A stretch of 64,000 bases of DNA. Source: Octopus sinensis (Eukaryota). The position numbers and the translations under genes are program-made. The DNA lies in contig NC_043002.1 in the NCBI RefSeq assembly GCF_006345805.1, forward strand, positions 78,306,001 to 78,370,000. The letters run 5' to 3'. The notes under the pieces were generated by a model. That model saw only the letters and a list, made by a program, of their open reading frames with translations. It was not told the origin of the DNA and ran no database searches. Below are positions 14,041 through 27,850 of this stretch, in pieces. Within the stretch, counting starts at the first letter, position 1; each line of letters begins with the position of its first letter.

Positions 14041-14340
14041 GTGGAGGCACAATGGCCCAGTAGTTAGGGCAGCGGACTTGCGGTCATAGGATCGTGGTTT
14101 CAATTCCCAGAGTGGTTGTGAGTATTTATTGAGCGAAAACACCTAAAAGCTCCACGAGGCTCCGGCAGGGGGTGGTGATCCCTGCTGTACTCTTTCACCA
14201 TTATTTCTCCCACTCTTTCTCCTGTTGGCCTGCTCGCTTAGCCAGCGGGGTGGCGTCATTTGAAGGCGAAAACAATGTGAACGCATTGTGACCAGCGATG
14301 TGTAACTACATCTGATGGACCAGTTGGTCACGTGACGTGT
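14041..14340 (+). mobile_element. Full-length tRNA-derived SINE with TSD (same head as 21605-21991, different tail)
   Basis: Head GTGGAGGCACAATGGCCCAGTAGTTAGGG. TSD TATACGCAAAT at 14030-14040 and 14341-14351. Confidence 0.85.
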
Positions 14341-16496
14341 TATACGCAAATGTATGTGTGTGTATGTGCATGCATATGTATTTGTCTTTGTTAATATTTG
14401 CACTTCTCCAAATATCATGAATTATAACCAGAGATGCTGCCATTTTTCCTGTTAATTAATTGCTGCTAGCTTTGCCCCTTCAAGGATGTTTGAAGATAAA
14501 AAAAAATATCCCTTAGTTGAGAAAAAGTAAAGATTAGAGACAGGAAAGGCATCTAGCTGTAAAACAATGCCTAAATAATACACTCATCCAACCCAGTTTG
14601 CGTGGATGTACAAACAAAAATGTATCATGTTATGTAAAGCATGGCATTATATTGTGTGTGTATAAATACAGACATAGGAGGAGAAATTGATAGACACCCA
14701 CAAACACGCCATGGGTGAGAAAACAAAAACACAATTCAAATTTTATAATTGTAGATTGAAACTTGAATACAAATGAGAAACTTCAAATAGTTTTAGTTTC
14801 TAAAGCTTCATTTATTTCTTAATAGTATTTCTCAAATTAGAGAACAAATACCAACAATACTTTCTCTCAGTTCACATACATAAATTGGAAAAACATTATG
14901 TTACTTAATATCAGTAGTTGTCAAGCTTTATGTAAATTTTCTTGGAACTTTTTCTCATTCACATCTAACAACCAACAATCACAATACTGAAAATGCCTAT
15001 CAGATCAGAACAACAGCTCATCAATAAGTCCTGGTTTTTTGAAAGCTTTTTAAATAATAATATAGTAAAATGCAATTGAAAAAAAAAAAAAACGAAAAGA
15101 AGAAAAGATAAAAAAAGAAAAAGAAAATCTTCGTAAACAATAGTCTGATATTGATCTTACAGATAATGTAATAGAAATTGGTGATGGGAAAGACATCTCT
15201 TGCAGTTCATGAATGGGAAAATGAATGATCAACCTTTTTAGGTCAATTTAACAGAACAAGTCAGTCCAAATCATAATCTCTTCAATGCAAAACTGGTAGA
15301 GTATTTCATTTACTTCTTATTATTATTCTTATCATTATTAATAATTTTGTATTTTAATAATGGTCACATCAAATGTATCCTTTTGATGTGACCAACAAAT
15401 AGAGCAAAACAGCTAGCAAGGAGAAAGAAAGTAATATTTATGTTGTCATTGTCAGCCTTAGCAATATAATTCACAAAATAGATTATTAAGAATAGAGGGG
15501 TTTTTTAAAAAATTTTATCTGTTGTTTGTTATAGTAGAATTTCAAGCATCAATTTTACTTGGCAAGATTTTGTGAATTCATAAAATCTTTTTAAAGTGCT
15601 ATGCTGTACATAAACACAGATGTTAAAATTCTAATCCTAATTTCATATGAGTGCTTTTGGCTGCGATTAAATTATTTTCTCATTATTTTAAAATAGATTT
15701 AACCGCTTCTTTGTTTTATATCAACTACATATGCAATCTTAAGTAATTTAGAAATTTTCTCCGATGCTCAACATATTCACATGTTAACTAGAGGAATTTT
15801 CTAAGAATACTAATGTTTTGAAAGGTTCAATGTAAATAGGTAACGAGTTGTAATTAGAGTTAAGCCCAGATCATCCCTGATCAAGTAGACTATGAGAAAA
15901 TCATTTCACTCCAGTTGTAATTATCCTGTCTAGTACACTTCATTCATTTGTTCATTTAACTTTCATTTTGCTATGCTAGTATGGGAGTCATTTGATATGC
16001 TTGGATGGGCGTTATTTGAGGCAGGATTTTACAGTCAGATACTCCTTCAGGTTTTATCAAGTATGAGATTTCTTCATTCCACAGGTCTTTGAAAATGCAA
16101 ATCACCAATTCACTGTAATTAACATGAATATGAAATTCTCACACATTCTCTCTCTTTCTCTCTCACACACAGAGGCTTCCAATAGTTTCCACCAACCAAA
16201 TTCCATCACATGCACTGGTTGACCCAGGATTATAATAGAAATTACCCAAGGCACCATGTAGTGAGACTGGATCCAAAACCATGTGGTTGCAAAGTGAACT
16301 TCTTAACAACACAGCAGTATATCTAGGTATATATTATTCAATGCCTTCTCCAAAACATTTTTGTTAAGATGGTAGGGAGTGATCTGTGGGGGGTTTGAAT
16401 GCTATTTATAGCAGATCAAGCAATCTATTAGCCTGAAGAAAAAGCAAGTGAATGTAAAGGCTATGGAGATAAATATATGAACAACATCCTAACCAC

Positions 16497-16790
16497 AAAG
16501 CATGTGGCCTAGTGGTTAGGGTGTTGCACTCACCACTTGCTAGACCATGGGCTTCATTCTCACACAGAGTGGCGAGTCGTGTTCTTGACCAAAACACTTC
16601 CACTTCATGTTGCTCCAGTTCACTCATCTGTAAATGGGTAACTCTGCATGGACTAGCCTTCTGCTCAGGGGAAATACTGGAATATTGGCCTGCTTGCTTA
16701 GCCAGCAGGGTAGCATCATTCGATAGCTAAAACAATGTGAAGCACGTTGTGACCAGTGACATATAACAATAGCTAATAGTCTGGTCAATC
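16497..16790 (+). mobile_element. Decayed CORE-type SINE
   Basis: tRNA-like head, CORE-like TGCTCCAGTTCACTCATCTGTAAATGGG, and a tail shared with 14041-14340. An inverted relative lies at about 38975-39245. Confidence 0.7.
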
Positions 16791-19700
16791 ATATTGAACT
16801 GTTAATCTCTACACATTGTTTTTCTCTCAGTTTTGTTTTTTCTTTTTTACAATCTCAATCCTTTCTCGAGGCTATAGTAGAAGACACTTGCCCAAGGTGC
16901 CATGCAGTGGGACTGAAGCCAGAACCATGTGCTTGGAAAGCAAGCTACTTACCACACAGCCATGTCTGTGCCTATACACACACACACACACATAAATAGA
17001 GAGAGACAGACAGACAGATAGATAGGTAGATAGATAGATAGATAGATAAGTAAGAAAATAGATGAATAAATAATAGATAGATATAGTGAAATAGAATTTA
17101 TATTTACATTTTTGAATACATGATGTAGAGGGACACCTTAAAGGGTCATCCAGCTTGCAAGAAATAGCAGCCAAATCATTTTTCAAACTATAACCTAGTA
17201 TCTAAATAAGAAAGAACACGTTAGGATAATGTTCTCCAAGGTATGCTATGCTTGATAAAAAGTCAGAATGGTTATTGCTGGAATGCTTTTGATCAGAAAG
17301 AAAGCAACTTGACACAGATTTACAGTAGTAAACAATCAGGCAGGCATACATGCATTCACACAGATTAGAGATATTTGTGTCTATTCTTATCTGGAGACAC
17401 AAAAACAGACAAAAGAAGAAGAAAAAAAAAACTAGACAGGCCAATCAGTCTCCTAACTAAAGCAGAAAGGCCAACAACAAGCAACATGTAGAAGGTATGG
17501 CTATAAGAACAAGCTTAGTTGTGGGATGAGGTGTATTCAGAAGGTAAGCGAAGAGATCTAATTTTGAATAACATGTCATTTATCTGGACGAATCAGGATG
17601 TCATATAGAAGTGCTCCTAAAATGACACAGGAGTAAAAGATGATTAGAAGTGAAAATGACGGAGGTGGGAATGGAATTGGCATATTTATGCTACAATTGC
17701 ACCTTGCTTGAGTCATGATAGCTATTTAAAACATACATTCATTCACTATTTATTTTATTTATTAATTAATAGTGACAGAATCAGTATTAATACTAAAAGG
17801 TAATATTTATCTCCCACTAAAAGTAAATGTATTAAAACATAGAATACTGTCATTTACCACGAGAGTACATCTCACATGGGTTCGTGGTGCATATAAGCAC
17901 TCATGTATGTATATATTGCTGATGGGCAATAATCATCTGCTATGGCTGCCTGAACTGTATTTGATGTTATAGAGTATTAAGTGCTTTTACTGTCATCTAC
18001 AATCTGAACATTGATAATGAAAAAGGAGATGAATAAGATAGCAGATATCTATTTATTCCTCCAGTGTAATCAAGATGGATCAGCTGGGAAGATCAAACAG
18101 GAGATGATGTGTATAAGCATAGAGAAGAGATAAAACTAAACAAAATTCAGAAATAGATGTTGATATAAAAATTATCAGAAAGCTTAGCAAAATTCAGAAA
18201 TAGACATTTATATTCAAATGATCAGACTGGTTAGTATGCCATTTGTCACTTGCTTACTAAAACTGTTCAAAGTATTAACAAGTAGCATAAGAATACCAAT
18301 CCTGATTGCAGCAAAAATAAAGGAAATGCACTAGTGAGAATTCAAATTGGCAGATCAAATTATGAAAGTAGTAAAAATAGTGACAGCAAAGTTAGACTAA
18401 AAGAGCTGAATTCGATATAATGCAGTCCAGATTTTTCACTGCTGTGTGAAGCTGCAATTTGTTGTAAAAGACAAATAATTACCTTTTGCATTTGTTCAAT
18501 TGATTATAACAATGGCAGGTGTGAATTAATGTCCTTTGATTTCTCAGCAACAGTTGTAGAGTTAATCCAAATAAAGAAATGGACGTTAGGTCAGGCTTGA
18601 GATCATTGGTTTTTATAGGTGGATAGCACAGATTAATAAATATTACATTGAAAGCCTGTCGAAACCTATGCAAATACAAAAAAAGGGGTAACTCACACAC
18701 ACACACATCTAGGTTAGATTGAACACAATGTAAGAATATTTTTTTAATTTGAAAAAATTAAAGTTTTAATTGCTAAAAAGAGTGAAAGTGAACATCCCAT
18801 TTTTAGCAGCACTTTAATATTAAACTGTTTTTGCTGATGCAGTGTTATTAATGTTCTCAGTAAAACATTCTGTAATCACAGCAACAGAGAAAATGAAAGA
18901 AACTTATAAGATTTATGATCAATGAGACATGTTGTCACGATAAATAAAACTTATTAACTCTTATTGTTGTTGCCAAGTATCAAAGAACAAATACCTAGCA
19001 GAAATACAAACTGTATTTGACATTTCATTGAATGAATCATGAAAAGAAGAGAACGAATAAAAGCATTCAGTGATAATCTTCAAGCCAAAAGAAAATATAC
19101 ACATATATATATATAGAAATAGATTAATATCAACAAAAAGAAAATATTCATATTAGTCTATCTAAATTTTACAATTCAGAATTGACCTCACTATCATTAC
19201 CATCATTCTGTTCCATTTCCCCATGTTTTCAAAGGCTGGATAGGTAATTTCCAGCACAGTGTCAAGCCACTTATTGTGGTTCTTGGTAACATCATATCCT
19301 TTGTTGTGGATCAGCCATATGGAATAAGCCTTCATCACTCCTCCCCTTAGTGTCTGCCTTTTCCACAGGTTCCTTCCCTCTGGATTGCATATTTGTGAGA
19401 TTTACTTTTGAACAGCTGGATTCTAGGCTCTGCTTTCTTGTTTGGAACTTCACTGGTAATTCTTTAAGTCATTTGATTATGAGAGCTCAGCCGTAAGAGT
19501 TTTCACAGCCAGCCAATCTTGAACCCTACAGTCATGGCTTGGAGGACTACAACTAGCCATGAAAGAGAGGAAGGAACCTACTCACACAATAAATTCTTTT
19601 CTGAACTCATTGGTCACACAATACTACAATGTGTCAATTTGTGCAAGAGCGCTTGCCATCATAGACATGGAATGATTCAAAACTTCTAAGTGAAATCAAG

Positions 19701-20289
19701 TAAAAATACAATCCTCAGAAGTCTCTCAGATGGACTGCACTTGCCAGAGAATTACATTAAGAGTGCAAGTGCTTGTGTAAAATATTCAGTCATTACACAA
19801 TAAGAAAATGTGTAGGCAGTTTCTTTGATCAACCAACTAGAACACCTGTTCATTAAAAACCAACATAAGATTTATTTGTGTGTGTATGTGTGTGTGTACA
19901 TATACATTTGTACATCAATAAACATGGGGGGAAAAATCAGGTTATTAAAGGCATGAAATATTCAAGTTCAACAACTTGTTTTTCTAACATTTTCTCTGGT
20001 TTACAAATTCTAAGAATATACATAATCCTCCAAATTAGAAAACCATAAGAGTGAGAGGAGAATAAAAATAGCTTTAAACCTAACCAGCACTAACACATGA
20101 ACTCAAACACCATTTTGGCATCAGCATTTGCTTTTATATAGAGATTATTCGATTGCACAGGAGTAAGAAAGAAAATAGCGAAATACATCAAGCCAAGGGG
20201 AGAAATGACAACAAAAAGGGTTCAGAACCAGCCATGACTGTCTGTCTTTTGACTTAACAGGCATTGCATTCTCTATGCACTTATGCATG

Positions 20290-20320
<31 letters not shown>

Positions 20321-21604
20321 CTGTTTTGGCACAGTGTCACCACATGTGTGCATGTATGTAAACATATTAATGTGTGAGTTGCTAGTGTGTGTGTAATTAT
20401 GTTTGTCTGTGTGTAAGCTATTTTGAGTTTCATAGGATGTTTTCAACCACTTATGAAACAGGAAGTGATGTCAGTGAATACCGGAAACACCCACAGGCAA
20501 CTTGTATTTCTTTACTATGGAGATATGCCTAAAAGAAGATGGATCTGTATGTGCAAACACACAAGCACACAAACATTTGCATGTATGCATAAACGTACAA
20601 GCACACACTCTTCAATTTTTTTTTATTGCACTATTCACATTTTTATGAATACTTTCCATTAACATTTGATAGATTCATGTTCAAAAGGTCTATTGTACTT
20701 CCCAACAGTTCATGTTTTACCTGATCTTATCTTGTGGATGAAAATACATGTAAATATGGTTGTAGTTCCTGTGTTTATTGACTTATATATTTATTTTTAT
20801 TTTAAGAAAGGAACATGAAAATAATTTTTACATGTCAGTTTCTCATTAACTGCCTCTACACATTACATTTTCTGGCCATTGGCATTAGGTTTCAGCTTGT
20901 AGTCAGAGACGTGATTTGGTAGCTGATGTCAAGTTTTAGCTAGTTACGAAAATGTATTGTGTATAGTATATTTTTTCCATGGCTGATAATGCATTTATAA
21001 TAAACTGCCATTGTAATATATTATTACTGCACAAAACAAAACAAAAATGGACAGAAAACAGGGGGAAGGTGAGGCCAAAAAAATAAAACAACTATCATCA
21101 ACAGAAATATCCTAACAAATTTACAAACTGGGTCATCAAATCTATCTCAATTAGTAAATCCTATCCAAAACTCAATACATGAATGACACATAACTAATAG
21201 CTAACTGGCATCTGACATCAACAGCCAGGCCAAATCTCAATGACAAGCAGATTCCGGATGCAAAGAGACAGAGAAGTAAAAGTACACAGACAATTAATGA
21301 GAAACAAGAGATATAAACAATGTTTTAATGCATCTGTAGCTAGATTAAAAACAACAAAAACACAGTAATACATTGCTAGTTCAAATGTTTTCAACCAGAA
21401 GATAAGATCAAGAAGGCATTGAAACACTGATGAGACAATACAGCTTGAAACATTATTCCTTCCATTTGTAACAAAAACAAAAAATCTAAATAAATTATAT
21501 TTGTAATAACATGTAAATGTAAAGGGATTCCACATTTTTATACATACATAATGAGAGTAACAACAGCATGAGTTATGAACAAACAGATATACAGAATCAT
21601 ATCT

Positions 21605-21991
21605 TCTTAAGCACTCCGTCGGTTACGACGATGAGGGTTCCGGTTGATCCGAATCAACGGAACAGCCTGCTCGTGAAATTAACGTGTAAGTGGCTGAGCA
21701 CTCCACAGACACATGCACCCTTAACGTAGTTCTCGGGGATATTCAGCGTGACACAGAGAGTGACAAGGCCGGCCCCTTGAAATACAGGTATAACAGAAAC
21801 AGGAAGTAAGAGTGAGAGAAAGTTGTGGTGAAAGAGTACAGCAGGGATCACCACCATCCCCTGCCAGAGCCTCGTGGAGCTTTTAGGTGTTTTCGCTCAA
21901 TAAACACTCACAACGCCCGGTCTGGGAATCGAAACCGCGATCCTATGACCGCGAGTCCGCTGCCCTAACCACTGGGCCATTGCGCCTCCAC
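21605..21991 (-). mobile_element. Young full-length tRNA-derived SINE with target-site duplication
   Basis: tRNA-like head GTGGAGGCGCAATGGCCCAGTGGTTAGGG...GTTTCGATTCCC (A and B boxes) and intact CpGs. The direct repeat AGAATCATATCT flanks it at 21593-21604 and 21992-22003. Confidence 0.9.
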
Positions 21992-22236
21992 AGAATCATA
22001 TCTATGTTTAATAAATATAGCTAATCTCAGTGCAGTAAACATCTGCAGTTAAACCGTATGGCTACAGGCAAATTGGATGGGACAAGAATCATTCTAGTTT
22101 CATCTTTCATTAAAGACTCATCTGGAACTACTTATCCCTATTTGCCAAACTATCAAAGTTAAGCGTATGCATACACATAGGTGTGTGAGAAAGTATGTGA
22201 AAGCATTAAACATAGAATCCACTGATTCAAGGGTTA

Positions 22237-22619
22237 TCTCTCTATATATAAACAGCAGTTTGTCTGTGCGTGTTTCTGTGTGTCTGTTTGCTTGTACCCT
22301 CACCCTGACCACGGCTTTCAACCGATTCTGATGAAACTTGACACACACATAGCCCAATGTCATAATTCAAAACTAACGCAGCGAAAATTTTGAAAAGTTC
22401 CCCCAGTTCTGAAAAAAATCGATAAATTCGACATGGGGTCGAGAATCAGAAACACAAACCGCAAACTGTCTAGGGGACGCAACTCCACCTTTTTTAACTA
22501 AAAAAAAAATTTACCATCATCTTTTTCCATTTTATTGCTATTTTTTGGCTATAACTCTCTAAAAATGTTTTATAGTTATTTCCCTTACAAACCTGAGCAA
22601 CGCCGGGCGATACTGCTAG
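22237..22619 (+). mobile_element. Non-autonomous Helitron, 383 bp
   Basis: Starts TC after A (22236) and ends CTAG before T (22620), giving an A|T target with no TSD. A subterminal GC-rich imperfect hairpin CCTGAGCAACGCCGGG lies a few nt before the CTAG. CpGs are retained. Confidence 0.75.
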
Positions 22620-24900
22620 TATATTATATAAGTACAGCTTCGCCTTTGAGAGTGGCCCTGTTTACTTCACCATCAGGAATAGATACCAAATTAATCTGAA
22701 GTGCAACAATCATCTAAGTCTTGATTTCAATTTGATTTCATTAAAATGTAAATCTTTATTAAGAGGTTAATATTTTAAAAACAGAATAACTAGAATTACA
22801 GGCTAAAAAATAGGGTGAGAACAATTGTTAAAAGTTGAAGTAACAATTACTATATTATCTGATGTCTTGGAAATAAAATTGAAAAAAATGTACATTACAA
22901 TAGATTGATAGAACTGGAATGGTCTCCACTAAATTTAATTACACTTAACTTGTCAATAAATTGCATTAAACTACATAAAGGAAACAAATCGTGAGGAATC
23001 AATACATAGAATTTATTCCTTCCTTGAAACTTATCAACATATGACAGGCTGGGTAGGGTAAAATATCTGGATGTTGTAATTGTGCAATCTCAGATGAACC
23101 CTGATTGCATAATTAAAAGATTAAAGGCATTTAAGATGTATAGGTACAATGCATCTAGGATTATATTATCTAATATGTTCCTGTTTTTCAGTAGGGTGTG
23201 AGTTGAAGGAGATTCAGCTGCAATTTCTTGCAGAGCGAGTGAACAAGTAGTGATTATATTAGCGTCTACAAAATTGATTGAAGCAGGTAGGAAAACGATC
23301 AATGACCTTTTATATTTCAAGTATGATCTTTCTTCACAGAAACTGTGAAATGTCCATTGAAGTAACTGTAAATTTATTGCTTAGCCATGTATTTATGTCA
23401 TTAAATAATTGCAATTGATCTGCTCCAATGAAATAAGAAAAACCAATACACAATAAGTTTTTGCCTGTGGGAATATATGAATATAGCACTGCAAACGAAA
23501 CAGTTTTCAATGATAGTGTCGCCAGTGGTGATAACAGTGAACCGTGTCTTCTCATTGTACCTACGTACAGCCAGGTGGGCTAGCTCATTAAAAGTTAAGT
23601 GTCTCAGACAGAGACAAATTACAGTATACATCATGGCGTAATGGCATATGCATTACCAATATTTTGGTTAGTAGGCCAAATACAAACATGGCTTGCTAAT
23701 GATATCATCGATTATAACATTAGATACTTCAGCACCCAGAATACCTAAATTTAGAATAACATAAATTAAGAGCCCTAACACAAACACATACACACATATA
23801 CTATGAAAGATAAAAAAGATACATTAATTATTTAATGAGAAATTTTGTACTTTAACAGATTAAAAAATAAAAGAAGTATAAAGTGAAGAATGTACTCATT
23901 CTTTTTTGTAGTATATCCTTACCTTATACTAAAAATAATGCGGGGGGGGGGGTTAAGTACGGAAATAATCCAAATACATGCTATCAGATAGGTAAATATA
24001 TCATTTGTTAGCCCCTGACATTGGTCACTATGTTTACACCTGCAACCTGAAGTGGCACATCATGTGGGCAATAGTAATTTGTGAAAATGTTTGTCACCTT
24101 ACAGTTAATTACTTTCTTTTCTTTTTATCTTCGAGCTCATAAATAGTCTTGCTATATAATCTCTACTACAATTATTCTAAGAAGCAATCTCCTTAAGACT
24201 ATTACTGTATGCAGTTGTGGTAGAAACAGAGTGTATGTGTGCATATCTTATAGCTTTATCTGTTTCAGTCACTGAGCTGAGGCCATGCTGGGGCACCACC
24301 TTGAAGGGTTTAGCTGAACTAACCAACCCCTGGTGCATATTTTTGTAAGAATGGTACTTATTCTATCAGTCTCTTTGACCAAACTGCTAGGTTACAGGGA
24401 TGTAAGTGAACCTACACTGGTTGTCAAGCAACTGGGGGAGCAAACAAACAAACATGCATGCATACATATACATATATATAATTCAGAATTGATGATTCAC
24501 TGATAATACTTGTCGTGTGTAAATCCTTCAGGTGTCAGGAAGAATATTTCTGTCACCTGAACAATTACAACCCAGTAGCACCAGATTGAATCATTAGCTT
24601 CAAGTATATAAATAAACTGTACCTCATGTATTGAGTGCTTTTTCTACCATCTCTTTACCTAGTGTGTGTGTATGTGTGTGTGGCACGTGTGCATGCGTGG
24701 ATGCAATTTTGAGCTGACAGGAGCTTCAAATTTTGACTTAATGGCTTGTTCAATCAGTGTTGATTGAACAAACCATTAAGGGCAAAATTTGAAGTCCCTG
24801 CCAACTCAAAAGACTTAATAGTAAATGTATCAGTAAATGTTTTGTTGTTTTCATAAATTGATTGACAATACCAAATACATTTTTTATTTTATATATAAAA

Positions 24901-25023
24901 GGAGGAGAGAGCAGAGAGAGTAGAGGGAGAAGAGAGTAGAAAGAAAAGAGAGAGAGAAGAGTAGAAAGTGAGGAGAGAGGGGGAGAAGAGAGTAGAAAGA
25001 GAAGAGAAAGTAGAGAGAGAGAG
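24901..25023. repeat. Polypurine (GA-rich) tract
   Basis: About 120 nt of almost only G and A, with a few T interruptions. Confidence 0.9.
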
Positions 25024-26185
25024 GTGTATCTATGTAAATTAAGCCAAAATTGAACTGCATGGAATTGTATGCATGTGTGCATGTAATTACACCCAACTGA
25101 AGTAACCATGGGAAAACAAGTTAAATCAATATTGATGACCAATAATATTAAAATAAGTGCATGTTAAAGAATCCACTTCGCTGTTCTGAAAAATAAGGCC
25201 TTCAGATATTTCAGAAAATTTGAAATTCAATTATTCGGTCTATTTAGCAACAACATAACAATTAATTTTTCCTGATCTAGGTACAAGGCCAGCAATTTTG
25301 AGGGGAGGAGGATAGTAAATACCACTGATCCCTAGTGATACTTTATTTTACTAACTCCCAAAAGAATGAAAGGCAAATTTGACTCCAGAGGAATTTGAAT
25401 TCAGAATGTAAAGAACAGTATTGCCACTAAGCATTTTATGGACCACTGAGATCTATCAGTTTGCCACCTTAAAAATAATAACAGTTTCTGATTTAGCCAC
25501 AAGGCCAGCAATTTTGGAGGGTTGAGATTAATGGATAACATCAACCCAAGCGCTTGGCTGGTACCTTATCTTATGAACCCCAGTGGGAGAAAGGCAAATT
25601 TGAATTCAGAACAAGTCATTTTGTCAGTTCATTACTCTCAATAATTTATTTATTTTGTAATAATTTCTTTATAATTTACAATAACAATTCTAACTTCAGT
25701 TCTAAAGAAATTCAATTAAAGAGAATTAGTGTTCTATTCCAATTTAATGAACATAAGTGGTAAAATAGTATTATGCATTACCAATGTGATACAAAAAGCA
25801 ATTTGGAAAGCTTTCCTCTGAACATGCACAAACTGATTGATTTAACAAATGATTATAAGGGAAAATAACATTCATCTGCAACAGAGGCCAAAATTCAATC
25901 CAGGAGCCGAAATACTGATATTTTATTGCTTTGGTTATTCTACACTTTAATAATAACATTGATTTCTAATGATGGAAACAAGGACATAAATTTGGAAAGA
26001 TGAGAGACTACCACTGATTAAATAGACCCATAGTTTATTTTTCTGATCCATCCTCCCCTGAAAGATGAAAGGCAGAGCTGACCTTCGAAAGATTTGAACT
26101 CACAACATAAACCAACGTAAATACATGACATAATTTATATTTCATATAATATATATGACAAAATATTGTAAAGAATATTATATAT

Positions 26186-26550
26186 AGGTGTAGGAGTGGC
26201 TGGCTGTGTGGTAAGAAGCTTGCATCCCAACCACGTGGTTCCGGGTTCAATACCACTACGTGGCACCTTGGGCAAGTGTCTTCTACTACAGCCTCGGACC
26301 GACCAAAGCCTTCTGAGTGGATTTGATAGACGGAAACTGAAAGAAACCTGTCGTATATATATCTATGTGTGTGACTGTGTTTATCCCCCCACCACTACTT
26401 GACAACCAGTGTTGGTGTGTTTACATCCCTGTAACTTAGCGGTTCACCAAAAGAGACCGATAGAATAAGTACCAGGGTCAATTCATTCGACTAAAAATTC
26501 AAGGTGGTGCCTTAGCATGGCCGCAGTCTAATGACTGAAACAGGTAAAAG
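26186..26550 (+). mobile_element. SINE family B copy
   Basis: Reverse-complement match to 57718-58104. Further partial copies at about 5430-5680, 13830-14010, 16865-16975, 24255-24450, 31741-31947, 39270-39410 and 58985-59115. Confidence 0.8.
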
Positions 26551-27520
26551 ATACAGATTTTATATACATACTGTATAAAAATACAAAGAATATTACACAC
26601 ACACATAATATACAGAGAGAGGAGGGAGAGAAGGGGAAGGAGGGAGGACTCAGGAAAACTGAGGAAATGACATTTAGATAATTGTGACCCTCAAAACTGA
26701 TTTCCATTTTTAGTACAAGGTCAATATTTATAAGGAAATATGCATAGACAATATAATCACACACACCTCGTCCTCTCCCTATGATAATTTACTGATAGTT
26801 ATTGTTTCAATTTTCAGTGTGAATGAATGGAGTTGACCTCAAAAGCATTTGACCTCTGAATAGTAGAAGTAAATAAATATGGTAATTCAATAAAAGCTAC
26901 TAAAATATTTAAATGCATATTTAGAAAATAAAACAAAATATTAGTACCACACATGCAAACACACACTGTTATAGAGGGCCTAGGAAGGTAATGGACACTG
27001 GAACACACACACACACACAGACTAATCTATATAGCACATGCACACACAAATTTATACAGCACATACACACACAAATTTATATACATACACATTCAGATGA
27101 CTTATGCTGGAACCATTTATATTACAAAGTAAGAGAATGATTAATCGATCATGTTTCTTATTTAGTATGTAGCGAAACTCTGCTCTAAAGTATTGTGCTA
27201 GATGAAAGTAGGTACCACATACAACATGGTTGGGTGGTTCCTGTAACAGAGGGTATTCAACTGTGAAACACCTGCTCTTGAGACTTGTAAATAAATATTG
27301 AAAGGGAATCCAACATGAAAGAAAGTACATTTTTTTTCTTCTTTTAATCACTTTTTTTTTTTTTAGAGAAAGAAAAGAATAAGCCTTGATGCAGATTTTC
27401 TAAACTGAAAGTGATTATATTTTCAGGAAATACATGGAAACAGAGATTCCATACACTATACGCATCAAAATGAAAGATTACATATAATTAATAATTCAGG
27501 AGTTATTAACGATAGTGTAA

Positions 27521-27850
27521 AAGCAGTATAGCTGAATGGCTAAGAAGTTTGCTAAGCAACAACAAGATCCTGGGTTCGATCCCACTGTGTGACATCCTGG
27601 ACATGTCTTTATATCCTAGGGTTGACTTGTGTGCGAAACTGAGTGGACGGAATTTGCGTAGAATCTCATCAGGTAAATTGCACTAATAATTCAAAGGACC
27701 AGCCTTGTCACACAGATTCTGTATGAGAATTACATTAAGCATACATATGTCTGTGGAATACTCAGCCATTTACTAATTCAATGAACCTGATAGTTCAGTT
27801 GATTGGACAACTGGAAGGAAACTTATGGTCAGAAATTCTGACCAAAGCAT
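27521..27850 (+). mobile_element. Old SINE: family B-like head plus the central domain of 21605-21991
   Basis: GGACCAGCCTTGTCAC...GAGAATTACATTAAG...CTGTGGAATACTCAGCCATTT matches the minus-strand body of the 21.6-kb SINE. Confidence 0.6.

Noticed and set aside
14041-14115. tRNA genes at SINE heads (also about 21915-21991 and 58030-58104)
   Set aside because: A/B boxes are present, but they run on into SINE bodies with TSDs or tails and lack a complete cloverleaf.
19196-19800. Apparent LINE endonuclease fragment
   Set aside because: No convincing motif on translation. 19740-19800 matches the SINE body domain on the + strand and the rest is unassignable old repeat.
23167-23190. Possible EPC exon 2 starts (cag|GAA CAT here; tag|GAG CAC at about 17618; tag|GAG CAT at about 50518)
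   Set aside because: None continues as HLQRA. Each hits a stop or unrelated residues.
24750-25142. 130-aa Leu/Ser-rich ORF resembling a membrane protein
   Set aside because: It is the reverse strand of the GA polypurine tract.
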